Source: Alkalihalobacillus bogoriensis ATCC BAA-922
GTDB taxonomy: Bacteria > Bacillota > Bacilli > Bacillales > Bacillaceae_F
DNA length: 24,000 bases
Assembly (NCBI RefSeq): GCF_000621445.1
Contig: NZ_KK211278.1
Span: 295,383-319,382, forward strand
Reading direction: 5' to 3'
Shown: positions 17,642-24,000 of the stretch, one piece after another
Layout of the letters: each line of letters begins with the position of its first letter
Position numbering within the stretch: the first letter of the stretch is position 1
Notes under the pieces: model-generated
What the model saw: only the letters and a program-made list of their open reading frames with translations
What the model was told of the DNA's origin: nothing
Databases searched by the model: none
Translations under genes and position numbers: made by a program

Positions 17642-18049
17642 ATGAGCGAAAATCATATTCTTGAAATGGATGATGAAAAAAACGAACTTGGTAAGGTTGA
17701 AATTTCTCCAGAAGTCATTGAAGTAATCTCAGGGATTGCAACTTCTGAAGTTGAAGGGGTTGCAACGATGCGTGGAAACTTTGCTACAGGCGTTGCTGAA
17801 CGACTTGGCCGCAAAAACCATGGAAAAGGTGTCAAAGTTGACCTTGGAGAAAGTGGAATTACTGTCGATGTAACTGTGACGATTACGTATGGGGTATCCA
17901 TTCCAGATGTAGCGAAAAAGATTCAATCCAACATTAAACAAGCACTTTTAACAATGACAGCCATTGATTTAGAAGCGGTAAATGTTCATGTTGTTGGAAT
18001 CCAGTTTGAACAAACGAGTGAAGCACCGTTAGAAGAAACGGGGATTTAA
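17642..18049 (+). CDS. Asp23/Gls24-family alkaline shock protein (YqhY-like)
   Basis: 135 aa. GKVEISPEVIEVISGIATSEVEGVA...GVKV is typical of Asp23/DUF322 proteins. Its position between accC and nusB matches B. subtilis yqhY. Confidence 0.85.
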   Translation: MSENHILEMDDEKNELGKVEISPEVIEVISGIATSEVEGVATMRGNFATGVAERLGRKNHGKGVKVDLGESGITVDVTVTITYGVSIPDVAKKIQSNIKQALLTMTAIDLEAVNVHVVGIQFEQTSEAPLEETGI

Positions 18050-18103
18050 TCGTAATACGGTTAAAACTGAATGGATTTGGAAATGCTAATTCCTAGAGAA
18101 GAC

Positions 18104-18132
18104 ACAGCCAAAGGACACCTTTGGCTGTTTTT
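18104..18132 (+). terminator. Rho-independent terminator after the Asp23-family gene
   Basis: Perfect 11-bp stem acagccaaagg / cctttggctgt with loop aca, followed by tttt. Confidence 0.8.
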
Positions 18133-18232
18133 CGATCAATTTCGCACTTTCAACTGTATTCATTTCAATAGTTATGCTATTATCGTACATAGAAAAAGAA
18201 GACAAAGGTACCAACAAAAGGAGTAAAAGCCA

Positions 18233-18622
18233 ATGAACAGAAGATTAGCGAGACTACGTGCAGTCCAAGCCTTGTTTCAAATTGATTTAACAGGCTCACA
18301 ATGGCAAGAGGCAATTGAGAGCACGCTCGATGAAAATGAAGAAACGAGTCCTTTTTTAGAAAATCTTGTTCAAGGAACACTAGAACATAAACCTGAAATT
18401 GACTCGATCTTAAAAAAGAATATTGAAAATTGGTCATTGGAACGAGTCGGGAACGTAGACCGTGCGATTTTACGTATGGCCATTTATGAAATTTTACACA
18501 TTGAGGACATTCCTAAAAATGTAACATTTAATGAAGCTATCGAGTTAGGAAAAGCATTCGGGGGAGAAGAATCTGGACGCTTTATTAACGGGGTACTTTC
18601 AAACGTTGTAGAGCAAATATAA
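18233..18622 (+). CDS. nusB: Transcription antitermination factor NusB
   Basis: 129 aa. RRLARLRAVQALFQID...DRAILRMAIYEIL...EAIELGKAFGGEESGRFINGVL is canonical NusB. Confidence 0.95.
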   Translation: MNRRLARLRAVQALFQIDLTGSQWQEAIESTLDENEETSPFLENLVQGTLEHKPEIDSILKKNIENWSLERVGNVDRAILRMAIYEILHIEDIPKNVTFNEAIELGKAFGGEESGRFINGVLSNVVEQI

Positions 18623-18649
18623 AAAAAGAAATGGGATAGGAGTGTGAAA

Positions 18650-19501
18650 ATGATGACAGCAGAAGTCATTAGTGGGAAAGAATTAGCTATACAAAAGAGA
18701 GAAGAGATGAAACAAGAAGTAATGAAGTTAAAGCAGGGGGGAATAACACCTGGATTAGCTGTTATTTTGATTGGAAACGACCCAGCTTCAAGGTCATATG
18801 TTAAAGCGAAACAAAAAGCATGTGAAGACATTGGAGTTCATTCTGTTCTTATTGAAATGGAAGATTCTATTTCTGAGCAACAATTATTAAATCAAATTTA
18901 TGATTTAAATGAAGATAAGGCAATTCATGGTATTTTAGTTCAATTGCCGTTACCTAACCATATTCAAGAACAGGCGGTCATTGAAGCGATTGTTCCAGAA
19001 AAAGATGTCGATGGATTCCATCCGATTAACATTGGTAAAATGATGATTGGGGAAGAAACATTTTTACCTTGTACTCCTTTAGGTATTGTTGAAATGATTA
19101 AATCAAAAGGGATTGAAATAGCGGGAAAACACGTGGTCGTTATTGGACGTAGTAATATCGTCGGAAAGCCAGTAGGACAACTTTTATTAAATGAACATGC
19201 AACTGTCACCTATTGTCATTCTCGAACAACTAATATGAAGTCAATTACACAACAGGCGGATATCCTCGTTGTCGCAGTTGGAAAAGCGAACTTTATTGGA
19301 GCTGATTACATAAAAAAAGGTGCTGTTGTCATTGATGTTGGGGTGAACCGTCTTGAGACAGGAAAGTTATGTGGAGACGTAAAATACGAGGAAACAAAAG
19401 AAGTCGCGTCTTTTATTACACCTGTTCCTGGTGGAGTAGGACCAATGACGATTACGATGCTTCTTCATAATACGATTGAAGCGGCAAAACGTTATGCATA
19501 A
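18650..19501 (+). CDS. folD: Bifunctional methylenetetrahydrofolate dehydrogenase/cyclohydrolase
   Basis: [44 protein letters not shown] and [10 protein letters not shown]. The start is probably ATG 18650 or 18653, with RBS AGGAGTG; the ORF track uses GTG 18644. Confidence 0.95.
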   Translation: MMTAEVISGKELAIQKREEMKQEVMKLKQGGITPGLAVILIGNDPASRSYVKAKQKACEDIGVHSVLIEMEDSISEQQLLNQIYDLNEDKAIHGILVQLPLPNHIQEQAVIEAIVPEKDVDGFHPINIGKMMIGEETFLPCTPLGIVEMIKSKGIEIAGKHVVVIGRSNIVGKPVGQLLLNEHATVTYCHSRTTNMKSITQQADILVVAVGKANFIGADYIKKGAVVIDVGVNRLETGKLCGDVKYEETKEVASFITPVPGGVGPMTITMLLHNTIEAAKRYA

Positions 19502-19513
19502 TAAGGTGTTTTT

Positions 19514-20884
19514 ATGAAACAAGAACAATTTTTAACAGTTACAGAAGTAACGAGGTATATAAAGAAAACATTTGATTTAGACGATGTTCTTCAAGATGTT
19601 TGGATTCGCGGGGAACTTTCAAATTTTAAATTACATAGTCGTGGACATATGTATTTTACGGTTAAAGATTCAGGGTCAAGAATGCAAGCAGTCATGTTTG
19701 CTGGGAATAATCGCTCACTTACATTTAAACCAGAAGACGGTATGAAAGTGTTAATTCGTGGCAATGTTTCTGTATATGAACCATATGGACAATATCAGTT
19801 GTATGCTCGTGAGATGCAACCAGATGGAATCGGAAATTTATATTTGGCATATGAGCAATTAAAACAAAAGCTTGAAGCGGAAGGGTTGTTCCATCCTGAA
19901 CATAAAAAGCCCTTACCACGTTTTGTCCAACATATTGCCATTGTCACATCACCAACGGGAGCAGCAATTAAAGATATGATTACGACGATTAAACGCCGTT
20001 ACCCGATTGCTAAAGTTACGTTACTTCCGGTGTTAGTTCAAGGTGAGGGGGCAGCACCATCGATTGCACGCGCGATTGAACAAGCAAATCAAGCTAATTT
20101 ATTTGATATTGTTATTGTTGGTCGTGGCGGAGGGTCTATTGAAGAATTATGGGCCTTTAATGAAGAGCTTGTTGCTAGAGCGATCTTCTCATCTGTTTTG
20201 CCAGTTATTTCGGCAGTTGGACATGAAACGGATTTTACGATTGCTGATTTTGTAGCTGATGTAAGAGCAGCTACGCCAACAGCGGCAGCTGAACTCGCAG
20301 TTCCACATATAGAAGAATTAATACAGAGAGTCGAAGGATTACAACAACGAATGCTCCGTGCGACTAAGGACCGTTTAGGGAATGAACGACAACGTTTGTC
20401 GCGCTTACAGAAGTCCTATGCTTTCCGATATCCTGAACAACTAATCAAGCAAAAGGAACAGCAACTTGACCGGACAATTGAAAAGTTGGAAAAAGAGTTT
20501 TTACGTATGATTAAACAAAAGCAAGATACAGTAGAAAAATTAACGAATGCTGTTGAACGAAATCATCCGGCCCGCTTGATAGCGGAAGCAAAAAAACAAC
20601 ATGAACACATGAGGCAAACATTAATTCGTTTATTGAAAGAAAAAACAACCAAATCCGAAAATCAATTTCAGCAGCAACTTGCAAAGCTACAAGTCTTAAG
20701 TCCACTGGCGATGATGGATCGAGGATATAATTTGGCTTATGGTGAGAATAAACAGTTAATAAAATCGACTCGTCATGTTTCAAAAGGGGATAAACTCACG
20801 ATTCGAGTAAAAGATGGCCATATTTATAGCGTTGTTGAAGATATAGAAACAAAAGAAGTAACAGGAGGAAATGAAAATGAGTAA
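19514..20884 (+). CDS. xseA: Exodeoxyribonuclease VII large subunit
   Basis: 456 aa with an N-terminal OB fold ([24 protein letters not shown]), the catalytic region [16 protein letters not shown] and a coiled-coil C-terminus. Confidence 0.94.
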   Translation: MKQEQFLTVTEVTRYIKKTFDLDDVLQDVWIRGELSNFKLHSRGHMYFTVKDSGSRMQAVMFAGNNRSLTFKPEDGMKVLIRGNVSVYEPYGQYQLYAREMQPDGIGNLYLAYEQLKQKLEAEGLFHPEHKKPLPRFVQHIAIVTSPTGAAIKDMITTIKRRYPIAKVTLLPVLVQGEGAAPSIARAIEQANQANLFDIVIVGRGGGSIEELWAFNEELVARAIFSSVLPVISAVGHETDFTIADFVADVRAATPTAAAELAVPHIEELIQRVEGLQQRMLRATKDRLGNERQRLSRLQKSYAFRYPEQLIKQKEQQLDRTIEKLEKEFLRMIKQKQDTVEKLTNAVERNHPARLIAEAKKQHEHMRQTLIRLLKEKTTKSENQFQQQLAKLQVLSPLAMMDRGYNLAYGENKQLIKSTRHVSKGDKLTIRVKDGHIYSVVEDIETKEVTGGNENE

Positions 20885-21119
20885 GCCAGAAACTGAAATC
20901 ACGTTCGAACTTGCACTTGAACAACTTGAAGAGGTGGTCGATAAGTTAGAGCAAGGGGATGTACCATTAGAGGAAGCTATTGCCATGTTTCAAGAGGGAA
21001 TGAAACTATCGAAAGTATGCCATGACAAGCTGTCAGCTGTAGAAAAACAAATGGAACAAATTTTACATGCAGACGGTCAAGTGGAAGTCACGAGCTTTCA
21101 GGAGGATCATAAAGAGTGA
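20871..21119 (+). CDS. xseB: Exodeoxyribonuclease VII small subunit
   Basis: 82 aa. [39 protein letters not shown] is typical XseB. It overlaps the xseA end by 14 nt, and ATG 20877 is an alternative start. Confidence 0.92.
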   Translation: MKMSKPETEITFELALEQLEEVVDKLEQGDVPLEEAIAMFQEGMKLSKVCHDKLSAVEKQMEQILHADGQVEVTSFQEDHKE

Positions 21120-22009
21120 GAAACGAAAGACTACAACAATTTCTAGCGATACATAAACAAAAGATTGATGAGGCTCTCCCACAGCACATTCAGAAGCTTC
21201 AAGCACCAGAAAGTTTAAAGGAAGCGATGGTTTATTCTTTGCAAGCTGGTGGGAAGCGTGTCCGTCCGATATTATTATTAGCGACTCTACATGGTTTTAA
21301 CCAAAAAGAAGAACTTGGGATTGATGTCGCATGTGCGATCGAAATGATCCACACGTATTCTTTAATTCATGATGATTTACCGGCGATGGATGATGATGAT
21401 ATGCGTCGTGGGAAACCAACAAATCATAAAGTGTTTGGTGAAGCATTAGCCATCTTAGCTGGCGATGCCCTCCTTACGTATAGTTTTCAATTAATAGCAG
21501 GTTTGAAACATCCAAGCATCACATCTGAAATGAAAGTGAAGCTAATGGAACTATTAGCGAAAGCAGCTGGACCAGAAGGAATGGTAGGTGGACAAGTTTC
21601 AGATTTAGATGGTGAAGGGAAAACGTTACAACTGGATGATCTGGAATATATCCACCACCATAAAACAGGGGATTTACTTGCTTATTCGGTTGTAGCTGGT
21701 GCCATTTTAGCGAACGCTGAGCAAGCAGAGGTGGACAATCTTCATGCTTTTGCAAAAGAATTAGGTCTTGTTTTCCAAATTAAAGATGATATTCTTGATG
21801 TTGAAGGTGATGAACAGACGATTGGAAAGCCGATTGGGAGTGACGAGGATAATAATAAAGTGACGTATCCGAGCCTTTTAACAATGGACGGGGCAAAAGC
21901 AAAATTAAATGAGCATACTTCACGAGCAAAAGAATATTTATATAAAGTAAAGATGGAAAATTCTTTGTTAGAAGCGATTACAGAGTATATCGCTGAGCGT
22001 GACCATTAA
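21116..22009 (+). CDS. ispA: Farnesyl diphosphate synthase (geranyltranstransferase)
   Basis: Contains the first aspartate-rich motif ([16 protein letters not shown]) and the second (KDDILD). The GTG start overlaps the xseB stop (GTGA). Confidence 0.93.
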   Translation: MRNERLQQFLAIHKQKIDEALPQHIQKLQAPESLKEAMVYSLQAGGKRVRPILLLATLHGFNQKEELGIDVACAIEMIHTYSLIHDDLPAMDDDDMRRGKPTNHKVFGEALAILAGDALLTYSFQLIAGLKHPSITSEMKVKLMELLAKAAGPEGMVGGQVSDLDGEGKTLQLDDLEYIHHHKTGDLLAYSVVAGAILANAEQAEVDNLHAFAKELGLVFQIKDDILDVEGDEQTIGKPIGSDEDNNKVTYPSLLTMDGAKAKLNEHTSRAKEYLYKVKMENSLLEAITEYIAERDH

Positions 22010-22038
22010 CTAATTCTCATCTCTTCCATACATTTTCA

Positions 22039-22067
22039 TTGAGGATGTACGAAGCAGGTGTTATAAT
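22039..22067 (+). promoter_or_regulatory. Candidate sigma-A promoter with extended -10 directly upstream of the OLE RNA
   Basis: TTGAGG (22039-22044), a 17-nt spacer, then TATAAT (22062-22067) preceded by TG at 22059-22060. The predicted TSS at about 22074 is a few nt before the 5' strand of the RNA's closing helix (22078). Confidence 0.5.
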
Positions 22068-22075
22068 AACTTGTA

Positions 22076-22682
22076 AAACTGAGTGGTGCAGTATTCTAGT
22101 CAGTTCTCTATACTTGAGGGCGGGCCTAAAAATCCGCCGAAGGGCACATCGATGAAGCTCCTTGTGTCGGCTTGAGGCGCCCAGCCTTGGGTCGGCGCTG
22201 GGTGTTAAGGTATTCGGGCGATCCACAACGGCATGTGGGCGTTGACCCTAATACCGCGGAGGCCTTTCTTTTTCATGCTACACATTAAGGTGTAAAGTGG
22301 AAAGAAGGGTATGAACCTGCGACAGTAGCTTTGGGAAGCATACTAGCAGCGTAGCCTGCCTTGAGTGGAGTTAGAGGGGATTATGGAAATTGGGGATATT
22401 TTAGTTGTCGGCCAACAACGAATATTCTTTGCCATATGAAATCTGCTCTGCAAAAGAGGATAAAAGTATAGCAAGGGCTGTTGAGGAAAACTCCTAGACT
22501 GTTCATAAGACATATAAAGGGGATTGAAGTGTGGACTAAGTGGTAATCCAGTCTAGCGTTTGGTGACAGCGCTAAGATAGGTTTAAAGGGAAACCGTCAG
22601 ATCGGCGACGATTTGGTACTTATTTGGGAAATCCTACTGGACCTAAGCCACAGCTTTTACTCTTTATATGACCACTCAGTCC
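22076..22682 (+). ncRNA. ole: OLE (ornate, large, extremophilic) RNA
   Basis: The ORF-free gap between ispA and the next CDS is 743 nt. Closing helix actgagtggt (22078-22087) / accactcagt (22671-22680). Internal helices include 22494-22501/22549-22556, 22119-22123/22134-22138, 22178-22184/22198-22204, 22404-22408/22415-22419 and 22580-22584/22591-22595. The region is GC-richer than its flanks, about 605 nt long, and has the hallmark context ispA-ole-oapA-dxs. Boundaries are approximate, to about 15 nt. Confidence 0.85.
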
Positions 22683-22752
22683 GTACATACTCTTAAACGT
22701 TTACAATTGGTTGTAAATAGTTTAATAATATAAAGGTGTCGATTACTTAACG

Positions 22753-23364
22753 ATGAAACATTCCCTTTTGAAAACTATACACTGGAGCTTAGGGATTGCC
22801 GTTATCACGCTTGTGTTAGCGGCTATTTTTTCAATTATTTCAACCTTCTTATTAAGTGGAGTAACATGGGGGGTTGGAATGATAATCGTCTTACTAATTG
22901 TATTAGTTGGTATATTTTTTGATACAATTGGTGTAGCTGCCACGGCAGCAAATGAAGCTCCATTTCATGCGATGGCTGCGAAAAAGTTAGCTGGTGCAAA
23001 AGAAGCTGTTCAAATTACGAGAAACGCAGATAAATTTGCAAACTTTTGCAATGATGTCATTGGTGATATTTCAGGTATTGTTAGTGGAACTGCTTCAGCC
23101 TATGTTGTTCTTCAAATTGCATTGCAATTAGGGTACGATGATGGGTCCTATTTTCAGTTTTTTATATCGGTCCTGTTTACGAGTGTTGTTGCAGCCCTTA
23201 CGGTTAGTGGGAAATCGATTGGAAAAACGATGGCTATACAATTTTCGACGCCAATTATTTATCAAGTTGGTAGATTATTGTATATTATAGAGGTAAAATT
23301 AAAAATAAGTCTTTTTTCAAAAAATGGGAAGAGTAAACGAAAAGAGCAGAAAAAGCGAAAGTGA
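22753..23364 (+). CDS. oapA: OLE-associated protein A (small 4-TM membrane protein)
   Basis: 203 aa with four predicted TM segments and a Lys/Arg-rich C-terminal tail ([14 protein letters not shown]). It lies immediately downstream of the OLE-like RNA and upstream of dxs, which is the published position of oapA. The first in-frame start after the stop at 22726 is ATG 22753, and its SD is weak. Confidence 0.8.
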   Translation: MKHSLLKTIHWSLGIAVITLVLAAIFSIISTFLLSGVTWGVGMIIVLLIVLVGIFFDTIGVAATAANEAPFHAMAAKKLAGAKEAVQITRNADKFANFCNDVIGDISGIVSGTASAYVVLQIALQLGYDDGSYFQFFISVLFTSVVAALTVSGKSIGKTMAIQFSTPIIYQVGRLLYIIEVKLKISLFSKNGKSKRKEQKKRK

Positions 23365-23372
23365 GGGTATTT

Positions 23373-24000
23373 ATGGATATCGAGAGTATTAAAGACCCTA
23401 GTGCCATAAAATCTTTATCAAAACAAGAATTAGAATATGTAGCAAGTGATATCCGGAGTTTTTTAATTGAAAAGCTTTCAGTAACAGGCGGACATTTAGG
23501 ACCAAATTTAGGTGTTGTGGAGCTAACACTAGCCTTACATTATTGCTTTGATAGTCCTAAAGATAAATTAATTTGGGATGTTGGTCATCAAGCGTATGTT
23601 CATAAGATTTTAACTGGACGAGCAAATCAATTTGACGCACTAAGACAATATAAAGGGCTTTGTGGATTTCCAAAGCGTGATGAAAGTGAACATGACGTCT
23701 GGGAAACCGGACATAGTTCAACTTCTTTATCAGCGGCGATGGGCATGGCAACAGCAAGAGATATTAAAGGAACAGATGATAATGTCATTGCTATTATTGG
23801 TGATGGCGCCCTAACAGGTGGAATGGCATTAGAGGCATTAAACCATATTGGGCATGAACAAAAAGACTTAATTGTTATTTTAAATGATAATGAAATGTCG
23901 ATCGCACCAAATGTAGGAGCATTACACAATGTATTAGCGAAGCTTCGTACAGCAGGGAAATACCAAAAAGCAAAAGAAGAGCTTGAAATGCTCATTAAAA
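23373..24000 (+). CDS. dxs: 1-deoxy-D-xylulose-5-phosphate synthase (5' part; continues beyond the window)
   Basis: Open frame from ATG 23373 (RBS GTGAGGG) to the window end. It contains [38 protein letters not shown] and the TPP motif [15 protein letters not shown]...NDN. It is absent from the ORF track only because it has no stop within the window. Confidence 0.95.
   Translation, partial: MDIESIKDPSAIKSLSKQELEYVASDIRSFLIEKLSVTGGHLGPNLGVVELTLALHYCFDSPKDKLIWDVGHQAYVHKILTGRANQFDALRQYKGLCGFPKRDESEHDVWETGHSSTSLSAAMGMATARDIKGTDDNVIAIIGDGALTGGMALEALNHIGHEQKDLIVILNDNEMSIAPNVGALHNVLAKLRTAGKYQKAKEELEMLIK

Noticed and set aside
22017-22226. 69-aa minus-strand ORF (MDRPNTLTPSADPRLGASSRHKELHRC...) in the ispA-oapA gap
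   Set aside because: It lies antisense within the GC-rich helices of the OLE-like RNA. It has no RBS, and its Arg/Pro/Ala-rich translation is typical of reading GC-rich structured RNA. The RNA interpretation explains the whole region better.
22010-22752. Alternative identities for the large non-coding region: group II intron, rRNA fragment, riboswitch/T-box leader, or a decayed pseudogene
   Set aside because: There is no intron-encoded ORF and no recognisable domain V or 5' GUGYG boundary. At about 600 nt it is far too long for a riboswitch, and it is followed by a membrane protein gene rather than a metabolic one. A 10-bp terminal helix closes a ~600-nt domain, and the ispA/4-TM/dxs context matches OLE.
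23627-23995. 122-aa (and 66-aa at 23557-23757) minus-strand ORFs at the window end
   Set aside because: They are antisense to the unmistakable dxs reading frame, which has the TPP-binding GDG...NDN motif. dxs is missing from the ORF track only because it lacks a stop within the window.
1-24000. CRISPR arrays, tandem repeats, tRNA/rRNA genes, transposases, integrases and phage or defence-system genes
   Set aside because: None were seen. There are no regularly spaced direct repeats, no cloverleaf-like tRNA sequences and no recombinase-like ORFs. Apart from the first ~2.6 kb and the small inserted ORF, the window is conserved core-genome synteny.

Overview
Chromosomal segment from an AT-rich, spore-forming Bacillaceae genome. 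Nearly all genes are on the + strand, in an order matching the Bacillus subtilis yqh/yqi region. In order: an ABC transporter (ATPase plus permease) with a histidine kinase; splB; mntR; a patatin-like lipase; two small membrane proteins; aroQ; an M24 Xaa-Pro peptidase; efp; yqhV; the eight-gene spoIIIAA-AH operon with a textbook sigma-E promoter; an extra small acidic ORF; accB-accC; an Asp23-family gene; nusB-folD-xseA-xseB-ispA; a ~600-nt ORF-free structured region; a 4-TM membrane protein; and the 5' part of dxs. The main result is the 22.08-22.68 kb region. Its size, dense helices, a 10-bp closing helix about 600 nt apart, and its position (ispA-[RNA]-small 4-TM protein-dxs) identify it as OLE (ornate, large, extremophilic) RNA, followed by its partner gene oapA. 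This is a known class whose mechanism is still unresolved, and it suggests an extremophilic or alkaliphilic/anaerobe-like host. Secondary items: a ~180-nt imperfect long inverted repeat and an orphan terminator in the efp-yqhV gap; a 450-nt non-coding gap after mntR with a GC-richer island; an unrecognised 120-aa acidic protein with its own promoter and terminator between spoIIIAH and accB; and a transporter-linked histidine kinase with no response regulator in the window. No CRISPR array, tRNA/rRNA gene or obvious transposase was seen.
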